Shown here: positions 17,613 to 30,000 of the stretch, piece after piece | Numbering within the stretch: position 1 is the first letter of the stretch | Layout of the letters: the number at the start of each line of letters is the position of its first letter | IMG/VR virus record: IMGVR_UViG_3300021406_000012 | Location: 13,962-77,961 of that record | Strand: one strand, 5' to 3' | DNA length: 64,000 nucleotides | From: a virus | Made by a program: the position numbers and the translations under genes | Notes under the pieces: model-generated | Databases searched by the model: none | What the model was told of the DNA's origin: nothing | The model's input: only the letters and a program-made list of their open reading frames with translations

Positions 17613-17987
17613 ATGGGCTACGCGAGCCAATCCGGCCGAGCCATCACCAACCCCGGAGCGCCGCGCGCCTTCGGCGTCTGCGATCGTTGCTCAATTTGGT
17701 ATAATCTACACAAGCTGACGTACCAATACGAATGGCAAGGCACCCAGCTCATCAATACGCGCATGCGCGTCTGCTACCTCTGCAAGGATCGGCCGAACCC
17801 TCAAATGAAGGCGAAGGTTGCGCCGCCTGATCCGGTGCCGGTGTACGATCCGCGCCCCGAGAATTTCATCCCCTCGCGCTTCGATCCGACGCCGATCGTG
17901 GGCAACCCGGTCGCGACCCAAGAGCGGCCTCCGCCACGGTTCCGGCCGATCGCGACGGAAGGCAGCGACCCGATAGCGATCGAGTGA
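17613..17987 (+). CDS. Conserved CxxC...CxxC virion-module protein
   Basis: CDRC...CYLC.DRPNPQ...DPRPE. Confidence 0.75.
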   Translation: MGYASQSGRAITNPGAPRAFGVCDRCSIWYNLHKLTYQYEWQGTQLINTRMRVCYLCKDRPNPQMKAKVAPPDPVPVYDPRPENFIPSRFDPTPIVGNPVATQERPPPRFRPIATEGSDPIAIE

Positions 17988-17993
17988 GGCTCC

Positions 17994-20900
17994 ATGAACA
18001 AGCCCATCCGTTTCCCTGATCCGTCGCAGCCGTCGTCGCCGATCCCCGGCGTGCCGGGGCCTGCCGAATGGGCGCCGAGCCAAGTCCCGATCAACCTCAC
18101 GCCGATTACCGACTTGCCGCAGGGCAGCCCGCCCCTCGGCCCAGAGTGGATGCCGGCGGTTCAGGGCGGGATCACGGTCAAGCTGCCGCTCAGCCAAGTC
18201 TCTGGCTTCGCGGCGCCGCCGAACCCGCTGCCGGTCAACATGGGCGGGACCGGCAAGCCCTTCGCCATCCCCGGCGCGATCCAGCTTGGGGGCCTCACTC
18301 AGACTACCGATCTGCCGCTCGGTATGTTCGGGCAGATCCTCGTCGGCCAAACCAACGCCTCGCCCAAGTGGCTGGCCCCTGGCATGTCGGGGCAGCTGCT
18401 TGCCACGGCCGGCGCGGCGGACGATCCGGTTTGGGTCGACCCGGCCTTGCTCCAGGGGCAGCCCGGGCCTCCCGGTCCGATTGGCCCGCAGGGGCCACAG
18501 GGAAGGACAGGGGCCATAGGGTTTCAGGGCGCGCAGGGGTTCACCGGCCCGAGCGGGTTGCCGGGGCCAGCGGGGCCTCCTGCTCAATTTGAGAACCTGT
18601 TGGGGTCCTTCTCGAACCAGCCGACCAGCGCGCTGCCGACCAACGGCTATATCCCAGCCAACTGGGACGGGCAGAACAACCCGCTGAGCCCGATCCAGTT
18701 CTATCCCGGCCAAGCGCTGCTCGACACGCGCACCAAGCACATCTGGGGCTATGTCAGCACCCGCTGGAACGCGGTCGCCTGGGTGGACATGGGCGCGGGC
18801 GGCGGCCCTCCGGGTCCGCAAGGGCCGATCGGCCCTCCGGGGCCGCAGGGGGCGATTGGGCGCACCGCGATCGTCGTCGGGTCGTTCTCGGTCCAGCCGC
18901 CTTCGGCGCTACCGCCTGACGGCTTCATTCCCGCCGACTGGGACACTCCCGGCAATCCGGCCTTCGATTACCAGATGATCGAGGGCGAGGCGCTCGTCGA
19001 CACGAACACCGAGGACGTTTGGCTGTTCTGCGGCGTCACCATCGACGCGGCCGGCTGGGTCAATCTCGGTCAGGTTCAAGGGCCACCTGGGGCGCAAGGC
19101 GCACAGGGCGTCGAGGGGCCGGTCGGGCCAGCTCCGCCTCCGACGGTTTCGCTGTTCTATCTCGCGAGCTTCCTCGGCCAGACCGATTTCTTCACGACCC
19201 AGCTCGACCTGTTCGGCAATGACTGGACCCTGGCCGTGGGCGAAGAGGTGGTGGCCGTCTTTCTCAATGGCGTGAAGCTGACGCCGAGCGGCGCCGGGTT
19301 CGTCGGCGACTATTCGGTCGATTTCACAAACTCGCGCGTTACCCTGGCGCAAGCGGCGCCGAACCAGTCGGTGGTGGAGATCGACGTCCAGCCGCTGGCG
19401 GAGGTGCTTCTCCCGGCCCAGGTGTACATCACCAAGCTCCGGCCGATCGCGCCGGACGGCGTCACGACCCAGTTTCCGCTGATCGACTCTACCGGAGCAC
19501 CGGTTTCGCTGACTAATCCCAATCAGCTCTTCATCGTGTTCGACGGCGTGCAGCAAGAGCCAGGGGTCGATTTCGTCCTCGGCTCTGACGCCCGGTCGGT
19601 CGTCTTCCCGACCCCGCCCGCCGCCGATGTGCATTCGTTCACCGTGTTCGTCGGCAACTCCATGGTCGCGGGCAATGTGGTCATCCATGACACTTCGCTG
19701 TTCGGCGACGGCACGGTCAGCAATCCGCTCGGCGTGTTTATTGCCACCGAGACTGCGCCGGGGATCGTCATCGTGCCGCCGACCGGCTTGGCTGGCACCA
19801 ACAATGCAATCAACTTGGCCCCTGACGGCTCGATCAGCGTCGAGGTCGATACGACTACCGGGCTTGTGGTTTCGCCGGGAGCGCCGAATCCGCGCACTGG
19901 TATGGCGACGGGCAGTGTGATCGCCGTCAACCTTGATGGGGGAAGCGCGCACGACTTCACGGGCGCGGGGGAACTGACCCTCAACGTCGCCACCCCGGCG
20001 CAAGTCGCCGCCGGCACGGACAACGTCAACCCGGTCACGTCGTTCACCATGCGGCAAGGCGGCGACGATCGCTATGTGCAGCTGACCGGCAGCACCATGA
20101 CTGGCAACCTGACGCTCCCTGCCGTCATCTTCGACAACGGCGGTCCGATTTGGGCCATGGGCACTGTCGGGCAGGACTTCGTTGTAACGCGAAGCACGCT
20201 TGGCGGCGTCTATGTCGACACGCCATTGACCGTCGCCAATCCGCAGCCAACCGTCGCTGGCGAGGCGGAATTTCAATTTGCCGGCCCGGTCCTTCTCGAC
20301 CGCGAGCCGACCGTGGCCAGTCAGGCGACGACGAAGCAGTACGTCGATCTCTTGGTGACGGGGGCGCAGCAATTCATCGGTTCGTTCAACGCCTCGACCG
20401 GGCAGGCGATCTTCACCGCAGCGTCCGGGCTGACGAATGGCCCGCTGCCGCCCGGGTTGCAGATCGGCTCCAACTGCTACGTGATTGTCGAGGTTTCGGG
20501 AACGCCGCCGGTTGGGCCGCCAGAGACGCTCGTTCAGGTCGAGGTCGGCGATTGGTGGATTTCGGACGGCGCGGCTTGGAGCTTGCTCGCGGTCGGCTCG
20601 CCTTCCGCCGTGCTCGCCTCGAACGTGGGCCTCGCGCCGTCGGCGTTCGGCGCTTCCGAGGTGCAGACGGCGCTGAACAACGCCGAAACGATAACGAGCG
20701 GTTTGGAGACCAACAAAGTCGCCAAGGCTGGCGATGTCATGATCGGGCCGCTGGGCTTTAACTTCAACGGGCCTGGAAGCGCGATCATATTTAGCGGTGG
20801 CGCGGAGATTTATAACACGAACCCCTCAACGATCACTTTGCGGAGGGGAGCGGACGACAGTCAGCCGCAGATCGTGAGCCATGACGGGACGGTCGCCAAC

Positions 20901-22352
20901 GACATCGTCGACACCCAGACCGGGGATGCGCGTTACGTCAATCTGACTGGCGATATGATGGGCGGGAGTTTGAGCTTCCCGTCGATGGTTCCCGTTATTT
21001 GGGCCGGGAATCGTATTTACTCCAACGGCAATGTGCTCTCCCTGCAAAAGGGGCCGGGAGATCCGCAGCCGCAGATCATCAACAACGCTGGCACGACCGC
21101 CTACGACATCGTCGACACCAACCTTGGCGATGCGCGTTACGTCAATCTGGCCGGCGACACCATGACCGGCCAGCTGGTCCTTGAGAACGGGCTTCTCCTC
21201 AACCCAAACAGTCCGCCGCTCGCGCCGGCCGGCCTCATAATAAACGGCGGCACCATTGCCATGGTCGGCGGGCCGATCATTGGGCTGGGCGATCCAGTGA
21301 ATCCGCAAGACGCCGCGACCAAAAACTACGTCGATAACACCGCGCTCGGGAACAAGGTCAACCGGACGGGCGACACGATGACCGGCGGCCTGGGCTTCGG
21401 CAGCGTCGCGCAGGGGAATGCACAAGATACTTCGCGGCATATCACGCTGTGGGGGACCACTGGCGCGACCTCGGGGACGTTCGGCTTTGGAGTCACCAGC
21501 GGGCGGCTGAACTACAACGTCAACAGCACCGCCAATTTCCACAGTTTTCTCACTGGCGGCGTCGAGAAATTCAATATCACTGGCAATGTCGTCAACTCCT
21601 TCGTCAATATAAATTTCCCTAATCTAAATCAGGGCCTGACCATGCCGGGTAGCATCGCCCTGTACGCGCCATCGAATGGCAATCTGAATGTTAATGCTGG
21701 GACGTTCACGGTTAACGGCAATGAAACAGTGAATGGCAATGTGATAGTCAACAATGGTTCAGTGCGAAACACAAACAATGCTGGCATTTACGCCGATGGC
21801 AATTCTAATACGAGCGCCAGTAATGGCTTTGTAGTGCGGGGCTCGAACGGTTCTGAGTTTTGTCGGTGGTATGGCGATGCTGTCGGCTATAACGGCCCAG
21901 CGGAAGCCCGCGCTCACTGCGCGACTTGGAATGGCGGCTGGTCCTATCAGGATTGCTGGTACACCGTGGTCAACTCGCCGCCGACTTTGTACGTCAACGG
22001 CAACGTCTCCTGCGGCAGCCTAACCAACCGATGCCTGCGCGAGATGAAGGCTGAAACGACAATCCGCGACGCGCGTAGGGATGAGCATCGGGCGGCATGG
22101 GATGCGCTGAAAGTTCGGAAGTTCAAGCTGCGCGACGACCAGTTCTTCGACTGGGGTCGCGAGCGCTGGGGCTTCGTCGCCGAGGAACTGCCGGAAGAGA
22201 TCGCTGCTTACGCCGCGCCAGGAACGAGCGTCCCGGCCAAGATGGTCAAGAAAGTCGAAGGCCTCGACGTCGGCCAAGCGCTGGCGCTGTGCGTCGCGAA
22301 AATCAAAGAGCTTGAGGCCGAGATCGCGGCCCTCAAGGCGAGGCCTCAATGA
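17994..22352 (+). CDS. Tail fibre with collagen-like repeats and a C-terminal S74-like chaperone domain
   Basis: Gly-X-Y tracts; D.RYVNL.GD.M.G and ATK.YVD repeats; WGFVAEEL followed by a coiled coil. Confidence 0.85.
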   Translation: MNKPIRFPDPSQPSSPIPGVPGPAEWAPSQVPINLTPITDLPQGSPPLGPEWMPAVQGGITVKLPLSQVSGFAAPPNPLPVNMGGTGKPFAIPGAIQLGGLTQTTDLPLGMFGQILVGQTNASPKWLAPGMSGQLLATAGAADDPVWVDPALLQGQPGPPGPIGPQGPQGRTGAIGFQGAQGFTGPSGLPGPAGPPAQFENLLGSFSNQPTSALPTNGYIPANWDGQNNPLSPIQFYPGQALLDTRTKHIWGYVSTRWNAVAWVDMGAGGGPPGPQGPIGPPGPQGAIGRTAIVVGSFSVQPPSALPPDGFIPADWDTPGNPAFDYQMIEGEALVDTNTEDVWLFCGVTIDAAGWVNLGQVQGPPGAQGAQGVEGPVGPAPPPTVSLFYLASFLGQTDFFTTQLDLFGNDWTLAVGEEVVAVFLNGVKLTPSGAGFVGDYSVDFTNSRVTLAQAAPNQSVVEIDVQPLAEVLLPAQVYITKLRPIAPDGVTTQFPLIDSTGAPVSLTNPNQLFIVFDGVQQEPGVDFVLGSDARSVVFPTPPAADVHSFTVFVGNSMVAGNVVIHDTSLFGDGTVSNPLGVFIATETAPGIVIVPPTGLAGTNNAINLAPDGSISVEVDTTTGLVVSPGAPNPRTGMATGSVIAVNLDGGSAHDFTGAGELTLNVATPAQVAAGTDNVNPVTSFTMRQGGDDRYVQLTGSTMTGNLTLPAVIFDNGGPIWAMGTVGQDFVVTRSTLGGVYVDTPLTVANPQPTVAGEAEFQFAGPVLLDREPTVASQATTKQYVDLLVTGAQQFIGSFNASTGQAIFTAASGLTNGPLPPGLQIGSNCYVIVEVSGTPPVGPPETLVQVEVGDWWISDGAAWSLLAVGSPSAVLASNVGLAPSAFGASEVQTALNNAETITSGLETNKVAKAGDVMIGPLGFNFNGPGSAIIFSGGAEIYNTNPSTITLRRGADDSQPQIVSHDGTVANDIVDTQTGDARYVNLTGDMMGGSLSFPSMVPVIWAGNRIYSNGNVLSLQKGPGDPQPQIINNAGTTAYDIVDTNLGDARYVNLAGDTMTGQLVLENGLLLNPNSPPLAPAGLIINGGTIAMVGGPIIGLGDPVNPQDAATKNYVDNTALGNKVNRTGDTMTGGLGFGSVAQGNAQDTSRHITLWGTTGATSGTFGFGVTSGRLNYNVNSTANFHSFLTGGVEKFNITGNVVNSFVNINFPNLNQGLTMPGSIALYAPSNGNLNVNAGTFTVNGNETVNGNVIVNNGSVRNTNNAGIYADGNSNTSASNGFVVRGSNGSEFCRWYGDAVGYNGPAEARAHCATWNGGWSYQDCWYTVVNSPPTLYVNGNVSCGSLTNRCLREMKAETTIRDARRDEHRAAWDALKVRKFKLRDDQFFDWGRERWGFVAEELPEEIAAYAAPGTSVPAKMVKKVEGLDVGQALALCVAKIKELEAEIAALKARPQ

Positions 22353-22588
22353 GCACGCAAGCGCTCGACTTCGCCTTATGGATGCCGCCCATCGGCGGCG
22401 TGGCGGTCGGCGACGGCATTCAGGTGGCCTCGGTCAATCCGACCATCACGCAATGGGCCCAGGTCGGGGCCGGAGGCGGCGGCGGCATCCCCGACGCGCC
22501 GAGCACGGGCGTCACCTTCGGCCGAGTGAACGCGAGCTGGCAGCCGGTGCTGACGGCCAACTCGGTGGTCGACGCGGGAACTTTCTAA
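22349..22588 (+). CDS. Small fibre-associated protein
   Basis: IPDAPS.G..F.R....W motif; ends in DAGTF like the next gene. Confidence 0.7.
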   Translation: MSTQALDFALWMPPIGGVAVGDGIQVASVNPTITQWAQVGAGGGGGIPDAPSTGVTFGRVNASWQPVLTANSVVDAGTF

Positions 22589-22600
22589 GAGGGCTGAGCC

Positions 22601-23842
22601 ATGCCGAACCAGATCCAGATCCTGCGCAGTTCGACGGCCGGCGCGCGCCCCGCCGGCAAGCAGCCGGGTGAGCCCTACATCAACTTCGCCGATGCGCAGT
22701 TCGGCGTGTTCAATGCGGCGCCCGTCGATCTGATCGCGGTCCGATACTTCAGCACCCTCTCCGCCTACGCCGCTGGCGACCATGTGATCCAGGCCGGCAT
22801 CCTTTACGTCGCCAATGCTGCGACTGGCCCTGGCCCGTTTCTCCCCGCCTTTTGGGACACGGTGAGCGCAGGCACGGGCGGGCCGTTCCTGCCGCTAAGC
22901 GGCGGCATCATGAGCGGCGCGATCACCACCCTCCCGCCGGTCGCCGCGACCGACGCCGCCAACAAGAACTACGTCGACACGATGGTCGCCAATCTCCACC
23001 TGTTCCTGGGGACGTGGTCGGTCGCGGCGAACAATCCCAACATCAGCGGCACGCCTCCCGGGATACAGACCGGCGACTATTACATGGCGACCACTGTCGT
23101 CCCGGCCACCCCAGAGACGGCGCCGGGAGGCGTCCTCGGCATCGGCGGCACGCAAGTCAATAACGGCGATCTGGTGATCTGGAATGGCGCGCTGTTCCAA
23201 CGAGTGCAGGGCTCGGGCCTGACCGTGGTCGAAGGCGACGCGCGCTACGTGATGCTGGCCGGTGGGATCATGACCGGCCCGTTGGTCCTCGACGCCGACC
23301 CGACCGCCGCGCTGGGCGCTGCGACCAAGCAATATGTCGACGACTTGGACGCGCTGATCGCTCAGTATCTGCCTCTCGTCGGTGGAACACTGACAGGTAC
23401 GCTGAATATTTCTCCACCCACCGTCAGTGCCCGTCTGAATTTAAATTCAACAGGTTTAAATGCTCTTTTGCAGCTTAATTCTGTAAACGGCCTTTCTGAT
23501 ATTACAATGGGAAAGGCGTCCAGTGGTGGTTATTCGTCTACTATTACAGGCGTTGTTGGCGCAACGCAGGACACCCGCTGGCGGATTGATTTAGTTGATG
23601 CGACCGCCGAAACTGGGGGTAATACTGGCTCTAATTTTGGTATAGTCGCATTTAGCGATGACAATTCGACGACTATCACGCCGCTTTCGATTGCCCGCGC
23701 GACTGGTGTTGTCAATTTTTCTACTACCCCCACCGTTGTTGGGGTTCCAATTGGCGGCATTGCCGACGCACCGAGCGATGGCAACGCTTACCTACGCTCG
23801 AATGCAGCATGGTCGACGGTGATCGACGCCGGAACATTCTAG
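22601..23842 (+). CDS. Tail or head fibre protein
   Basis: QILRS...P....PGE..INFAD N-terminus; LPL.GG...G and A.K.YVD repeats. Confidence 0.8.
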   Translation: MPNQIQILRSSTAGARPAGKQPGEPYINFADAQFGVFNAAPVDLIAVRYFSTLSAYAAGDHVIQAGILYVANAATGPGPFLPAFWDTVSAGTGGPFLPLSGGIMSGAITTLPPVAATDAANKNYVDTMVANLHLFLGTWSVAANNPNISGTPPGIQTGDYYMATTVVPATPETAPGGVLGIGGTQVNNGDLVIWNGALFQRVQGSGLTVVEGDARYVMLAGGIMTGPLVLDADPTAALGAATKQYVDDLDALIAQYLPLVGGTLTGTLNISPPTVSARLNLNSTGLNALLQLNSVNGLSDITMGKASSGGYSSTITGVVGATQDTRWRIDLVDATAETGGNTGSNFGIVAFSDDNSTTITPLSIARATGVVNFSTTPTVVGVPIGGIADAPSDGNAYLRSNAAWSTVIDAGTF

Positions 23843-23891
23843 GAACTAAGGCCCATACGGGCGGCTCCACGGAGCATGAGGCTAGATAGCC

Positions 23892-26054
23892 ATGGTAAAT
23901 AGGGTCCAGACGCTTCGCTCGGCGGTGCCGGGTTCCGTTCCTCCTCCCGGCACCCGCCAGCCCGGAGAACTCTGGATCAACTTCGCCGATCTCTCGCTCG
24001 GCCTCATCGACACCACCCAGACGGCGCAGGCGCTGGTGGCGGTGCGCTTTTTCTCCACCTTGGCCACCTACGCCGCTGGCGATTATGTGGTCGCGGCTGG
24101 GGCGCTGTACGTCGCCAACTCCGCCACCGGCCCGGGCGCATTTGTTCCTGCCGATTGGGATGCGGTGAGCGGAGGCGGCGGCCCGGGCGGCGGCCCGTAT
24201 TTGCCGTTGGCTGGTGGAACACTGACCGGGCCACTGACGCTCGCGGGTCCGCCGGTCAATCCGAATGACGCCGCGACCATGGCTTTTGTTGCCGCCTCTG
24301 TCGCCGGCTATCTGCCGCTGAGCGGGGGCACGCTAACTGGCGTGGTTCGGTTCCCCAGCAACAACAGCTTCGTGATCAACGGGGCGGCCGGAACCCAAAG
24401 AGCGATCCTCACTCAGACGGCTGGCGCTAATCGTTGGCAGATGATGCTCGGCGACGTCACCGCCGAGTCGGGCCTCAACGCCGGGTCGAATTTTTCGCTC
24501 ACCGCGCTCAGTGACGCAGGCGCGGTTCTCAGCATACCTCTGTCGATCAACCGGGCGACCGGCGCGGTCACCATCGCTTCGACCACTGGCCCCGGCTCCG
24601 CTTCGCCGACGCTCGCCCTCAATGAGTCCGGCACTGCTTCTGGCAACCTCATTCTGGGGCAGCGCAACGGGCTCGCGCGCTGGCAAGTGTCGCTCGGCGA
24701 TTACCTCGGCGAGTCGACCGGCAACGCGGGCTCGAACTTCCGCCTCGACCGCTACAGCGACGCCGGGGCGCAGCTTACGCCTTCGCCGCTGGTGATCGCC
24801 CGCAATACCGGGGTGGCGACCTTCAGCGCGATCCCGAGCTTCCCGGGCGGCGCGGCGGGCAACGCCTTGACGACCGACGGGGCGGGCGATCTGTCGTTTG
24901 TGCCGATGCCAGCGCCTTCGACTACGCTGCCGTTGGCGGATAGTGGGACGGGGGCGATCGGCTCCTTGGCCACCTCTTTCGCGCTGGCCGACCATGTGCA
25001 TCCGGCGTCATCAGGAAGCGCGCTGGATATCACTTATTTTGGCGACGGTTCGGACGGCGCGGTGACCATCACGACGACCGTCGCGCTGACCCGCGACATG
25101 TACTATTCCAACTTGACGATCAGTGGCGCTGGCATCCTGCAAACAGTGGGCTGGCGGGTATTCGTGTCTGGCATACTCGATCTTTCGGCGGCGGGCCCTG
25201 GTGCGATTGCCCCTACGAGCTTACCGTCGACCGTTGGAGGCAATGGCGGAAGCCCGACAGGGGGGACCGCCGCGTTGGCTAGGTCCGGACAATGGTTCGT
25301 GGGTTCGGCGGGCGGTGTGGGCGGCGCAGGTTCCAGCACCGCTAACGGCAATGGTGCTGCTGGAGGGACGGTTACCAACCCAAATGGCAGTACGGGTTGT
25401 CTCGGCGGCAATGGTGGCGTTGGCGGCGTTGGCGGAACTCCTGGGATCGGGGGGGTTCCAGGGAACGGTGGCACCAATAACTATGTTTTGGGTCGCCTTC
25501 GTTTTCCAATGGTTATCCCCATTTATCCTCCCACTGGCAGTACCCCTATGTATTGTGGCGGCCTTGCCGGTTCGGGCGGCGGCGGAGGCGGCAGCGCCGC
25601 GAACGCAAACAACAATGGCGGCGGCGGCGGCGGTGGTGGCGCAGGCGGCGTTCTCTTCATCTGGGCGCGCACCATCAATCGCGGCGTAGGGACGGCGGCG
25701 GGAGTGATCAATCTGTCGGGCTTCAACGGCGGCAACGGCGGCATTGCTAGCAGTTCCGGCGGAGGTGGAGGCGGCGGCGGAGGCGGTGGCGGGGTCTATC
25801 TTGTTTTCAAGTTTCTGACCGGGACGCCTGTAGCCAATGCGATCAACCTGTCAGGCGGCAATGGCGGCAACGCCGGCACCGGGACTGCTGCCCTACAAGG
25901 GCAAGGCGGCGCGGGCGGCAGCGCAGGGACTTTGACGATGTGCGACCTCACCGCTGACACGGTTACAGCGCAAATCGGGCCGCCGGGTAATCCGCCAACC
26001 GGCACCGGCAATGTGACCGGCGGCTTGGGCGGCGTAGGCTTGTTCACCCTATGA
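23892..26054 (+). CDS. Fibre protein with glycine-rich C-terminus (paralog of the previous gene)
   Basis: Same N-terminal module; RW...GSNF repeats; poly-Gly tracts. Confidence 0.8.
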   Translation: MVNRVQTLRSAVPGSVPPPGTRQPGELWINFADLSLGLIDTTQTAQALVAVRFFSTLATYAAGDYVVAAGALYVANSATGPGAFVPADWDAVSGGGGPGGGPYLPLAGGTLTGPLTLAGPPVNPNDAATMAFVAASVAGYLPLSGGTLTGVVRFPSNNSFVINGAAGTQRAILTQTAGANRWQMMLGDVTAESGLNAGSNFSLTALSDAGAVLSIPLSINRATGAVTIASTTGPGSASPTLALNESGTASGNLILGQRNGLARWQVSLGDYLGESTGNAGSNFRLDRYSDAGAQLTPSPLVIARNTGVATFSAIPSFPGGAAGNALTTDGAGDLSFVPMPAPSTTLPLADSGTGAIGSLATSFALADHVHPASSGSALDITYFGDGSDGAVTITTTVALTRDMYYSNLTISGAGILQTVGWRVFVSGILDLSAAGPGAIAPTSLPSTVGGNGGSPTGGTAALARSGQWFVGSAGGVGGAGSSTANGNGAAGGTVTNPNGSTGCLGGNGGVGGVGGTPGIGGVPGNGGTNNYVLGRLRFPMVIPIYPPTGSTPMYCGGLAGSGGGGGGSAANANNNGGGGGGGGAGGVLFIWARTINRGVGTAAGVINLSGFNGGNGGIASSSGGGGGGGGGGGGVYLVFKFLTGTPVANAINLSGGNGGNAGTGTAALQGQGGAGGSAGTLTMCDLTADTVTAQIGPPGNPPTGTGNVTGGLGGVGLFTL

Positions 26055-26266
26055 GCACGATCATCGACAAATATGGCCGGGAGATCACCGTCCGAACGGG
26101 CGTTGTGACTCAAGGTGCTCCTGGGGCGGAGGACGTCTATTCATTTGACGGCGTCGATGTCTGGCTCCCGACCGGGACGCCTGAATATCTCGCCTTAGCG
26201 ACGATTGAGGCGATGGCCCCGGATTGGTGGACGACGCCAGAGCCGGATCAAGGGCCGCCGTCGTGA
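26051..26266 (+). CDS. Small hypothetical tail-module protein
   Basis: Coupled on both sides. Confidence 0.65.
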   Translation: MSTIIDKYGREITVRTGVVTQGAPGAEDVYSFDGVDVWLPTGTPEYLALATIEAMAPDWWTTPEPDQGPPS

Positions 26267-27063
26267 GCTACACCTACGCCAGCTTCCAGAAGGCGCTCGC
26301 GCTGGAGATGATCATCCCCAACGCCAACGTGAGCGATCCGAACTTCGTCGCCATCCTGCCGACCATCGTCGATTACGCCGAGCAGCGCATCTATCGCGAA
26401 CTCGACCTCCTGGCCACCCAGGTGGTGCAATGGTTCGCCATGACCCCGAACTCGCGCGCGCAGAGCTTCGCGGCTAGCAGCTCCGTCTACGCCAATCATA
26501 CCCCGGCGCAGCAAATCCTCGTCGTTGAGCGGGTCCGGGTGATGCCTCCCACCGCGACCCCTGGCGGCGGCTTCAATCAGGGCGGCGAGCCGCTTACTCC
26601 GAGCAGCATGGATTATCTCGACGCCGTCTACAGCGGCGTCTTCCCGGCCCCAGGCCCGACCGGGCGGCCTGTAAAGTTTTCGCAGCGCGACGATCAGACG
26701 ATCGTCTTCGGCCCCACGCCGGATCAGGCCTATTTCTTCGACATCCAGGGTGAAGCGCGCCCGGTGCCGCTCTATAGCGCCGCGCCTGGAGACGGCTCGC
26801 AGACGACGTTCCTGACGACGGTCCTGCCCGATCTCTTCCTCGCAGGCGCGATGATCGCGGCGTCCGGCTATCGTCACAACTTCGGCGCTCAGTCCGACGA
26901 TCCGCGCATGGCGCTGAGCTGGGAGAGCCAGTACATGGAGCTGCTCCTTTCCGCGAAGACGGAAGAGGTGCGCAAGCGGTTCCTCGGCTGGCAGCAAATG
27001 TCATCGCGCAGCGGACCGGCGAGTGCAGGCGGAGCCGCGCCCCCGGCGCCAGCTGGGGGATGA
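26263..27063 (+). CDS. Putative tail adaptor/tubular protein
   Basis: LPTIVDYAEQRIYRELD...G.P...FGPTPDQAY pattern. Confidence 0.7.
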   Translation: MSYTYASFQKALALEMIIPNANVSDPNFVAILPTIVDYAEQRIYRELDLLATQVVQWFAMTPNSRAQSFAASSSVYANHTPAQQILVVERVRVMPPTATPGGGFNQGGEPLTPSSMDYLDAVYSGVFPAPGPTGRPVKFSQRDDQTIVFGPTPDQAYFFDIQGEARPVPLYSAAPGDGSQTTFLTTVLPDLFLAGAMIAASGYRHNFGAQSDDPRMALSWESQYMELLLSAKTEEVRKRFLGWQQMSSRSGPASAGGAAPPAPAGG

Positions 27064-27066
27064 GCT

Positions 27067-30000
27067 TTGCCCTTCTTGACCGTCAAGATTCAGCCTGGGG
27101 TCAAGACCATCGCGACCCCGACGCTGCTCAACGCGAACATCGTCGCCTCAAACTTGATCCGCTGGCGCGGCGGCCTGCCCGAGAAGTACGGCGGCTGGAT
27201 GAATTTCTTCACCAACCTGGGCACGGGCGGCGGCCCGGGCGCCGCCACCCTTCCGGGTATCGTCCGCGACATGTGCGCCTGGGCGGACCTCGACACCATC
27301 AACCACCTCGCGCTTGGCGGAACCAATGGCTTGACAGCCCTGACGCCAAACGCGGCGGGAGGGCCGCCGACGGTGGGCGATATCGCGCCGCGCTACGTGC
27401 TGACCACGAGCACGACTGCGATCACGACCGATGGGTCGACCTTTTCGTCGCTCGCTCTAGACGCATCACCGCCAGGAAGCATGACTATCACCCTTGCTGG
27501 CAACGTAGCCGCGTCGGTGCAAGTCGGATGGCGCGTTCGCTGCTTTGGCTCCAGCTCAGCGTACGTCATTGGCCCCACGTTCGCGATCCCGCAGGGGACA
27601 GTCGTCACCGCGATAGCCGTGGCGCCTCCGCCCGGAGGCGGCGGCAACGTGACGACAATCACTTTAAGCCAGCCAGTTGCGCCAGGATTTCCTGGGACAG
27701 CGGGTGCTCCTGGGCCAGGGGTGCAGCAAGCCGCTCAGATTGTTTTCGACAGCCCCGCGACAATCATCACGTTCACCGACCCCAGCATGCCATCGGGGTT
27801 CAACACCCACTGCTCGATCCAGGTTCTGAACCACGTCTGGCTCGGCGACGGGCAGATCCTGTTGGGGACATATCCGGTACAAACCGTCACGGGGGGTTCG
27901 AGCGGGGTCTTCACGATCGCCGCGCCGCCGGGGTGGTTTTACTGTGCCACGCCGGCCGTGCTGAGTCTCCAACTAACTAACGGCGTCACCGGCGTCGCCG
28001 GCCCACCAGAGGGGATAGGCACCTTCCCCTACACAATGAACATTGGCGGTAGCAGCGGCTTGACCTTCCCAACGGTCGGCATAGTGCCATATCAGGCGGG
28101 CGGCACGCTCGCTATCGCAGCGCCGACGACCTTTGGCGGGGTCAATTTTGAGGGGCAGTTTTACGCGATCACGGCGCTCGACGTGGGGCAAAACACTCCA
28201 ATGAACACCGGGCGAAGTTTCGCCTTCAGCCTACCCAATCCCCCCAGTGCGAACGGCAACGTGAACGAGGGCAATCTCGTCAGCCCGCAAGTCGCGGAGA
28301 TTATTTACTGGCTTTCGGAGCCGCCCGTAGGCACGGCGCACAACCCGCGCGGCGCGCTCGGCGGGAATCCTTACCCGCCTCTCTACGGCAGTGCGGACTA
28401 TGGAGCGCGCTGGGTCGGCGGTGTCACCAGTGACGACTGGTCGCTCGCCAACTTCGGCTCGACGCTCCTATCGAGCCCGCTCAATGGGCCACTGTTCCAG
28501 TGGGACCCGACGGCGGGCGTTCCGAACTCGGCCGCGATCGGCGGCGCGCCCACCACTTGCGCGGGCTTTTTTGTCGGCATGCCCGAGCAGCAGATCATTG
28601 TTTATGGGGCAAGCTACGATCAGGTGCAGGACCCGCTGCTCGTCGCGTGGTGCGACAACGCCAACTACAACGTTTGGATTGCCAATACCGACAATCAGGC
28701 TGGGACGTTTCGGCTGTCGCGCGGAAGCAAGATTGTCGGCGGCATCCAGGGGCCGCAGCAGGCGATGCTGTGGACCGATGTCGGTCTCTGGGTGATGAGT
28801 TACATCGGATATCCGGATGTGTTCGGGTTCAATGAGGTGGCGCAGGGATGCGGGCTGATCGGCAAGCACGCCGTCGCGGTCTACGGCCCCCAGGTGTTCT
28901 GGATGGGGCGCGACGCCTTCTGGGTTTACGCTAACGGCGCGGCGCAGCGGCTCCCGTGCGATGTGTGGGACGTCATCGTCAAGAACCTCAACAACACGCG
29001 AAACAGCAACGGGGATTACATCTACTGGGGCCACATTCGCGGAGCCGCGAACTCGGACTATGACGAAGTCGCGTGGCACTTCCCCTCACAGGCCGCGACG
29101 GACGGTGAGAACGACAGCTTCGTCAAATTCAATACGGTCACCGGGGAATGGGACTATTCGATCTCGACCCCGCAACAAGGCATGGTCGGCAATACGCCGG
29201 TCCGGATAACCGAGTGGACCGATCATAATATTTTCGGTCACCCGCTCTCGGTGATGCTTGGCCACACCGTCATAACCGGGGTGGCCTCCGCCGGAGCCGC
29301 CGCAGGCGCAACCACTTTCTCGCTCGTTGGGGGGCTGCCCGCAGGCGTTCTCGTCGGGATGACTATCGCCGACCTCACCAACCCGGCTGCGATTACGGCT
29401 GGGACCCAGTTGTCCATCGTCACGACCCAAGTGACTTTGAGCCTACCTTTGACGGCAAACGTGCCTGTCGGGAGTTTGATTACCTTTGTGGCGCCAAGCG
29501 GCTATCCGTCCATGACCGTGGCCACGAGCGCGGCGAGTGCTTCTGGATCATCCGTTCTGAGCTTCACTACCAATCTGGCGGGGCTCGCTGTCGGCTGGGA
29601 GGTCTTTGCTTTCGCTGGCGCGATAGCAAGCGCGACCACGGTAAGCAGCTTCATCGCCTCGCAGATCACGGTGAGCGAGCCTTTGGCGGCGAATGTCTCG
29701 GCTGGCGACCAGATCCAGTTCACCGGCTGGAACTCCTCGGTGATGCAGCATGAAATGGGAATGGACGCCAACGGCTCGCCCATCAATTGGATGATCCAGA
29801 CCGGCTTCTTCATGCTCAGCGATGGCGAGGACAAGGTCTTCGTCGACTACATGCTGCCCGACTTCGTGTGGCGGCGGTGGCAACAGCCGCAGTCCGTCAG
29901 CGCTACGGTCGAGATCACGCTCTACACCGCCGATGAGCCTGACGACCCGAACAACCCGTGGGTCGCCTACGGGCCTTTTGTGGTGACCAACGCCTCCGGG

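Noticed and set aside
17994-18002. U3 spacer ATGAACAAG matches the start of the tail fibre gene (other single 9-mer matches at 10497, 63430, 63524)
   Set aside because: The partner half-site is absent, and single 9-mer matches are expected by chance in 64 kb
13355-20372. Long antisense ORFs over structural genes (e.g. 13355-14485, 18909-20372)
   Set aside because: Shadow ORFs expected from high-GC codon usage; no RBS or recognisable motifs
17994-26054. Diversity-generating retroelement acting on the fibres
   Set aside because: No reverse transcriptase and no adenine-variant TR/VR pair seen
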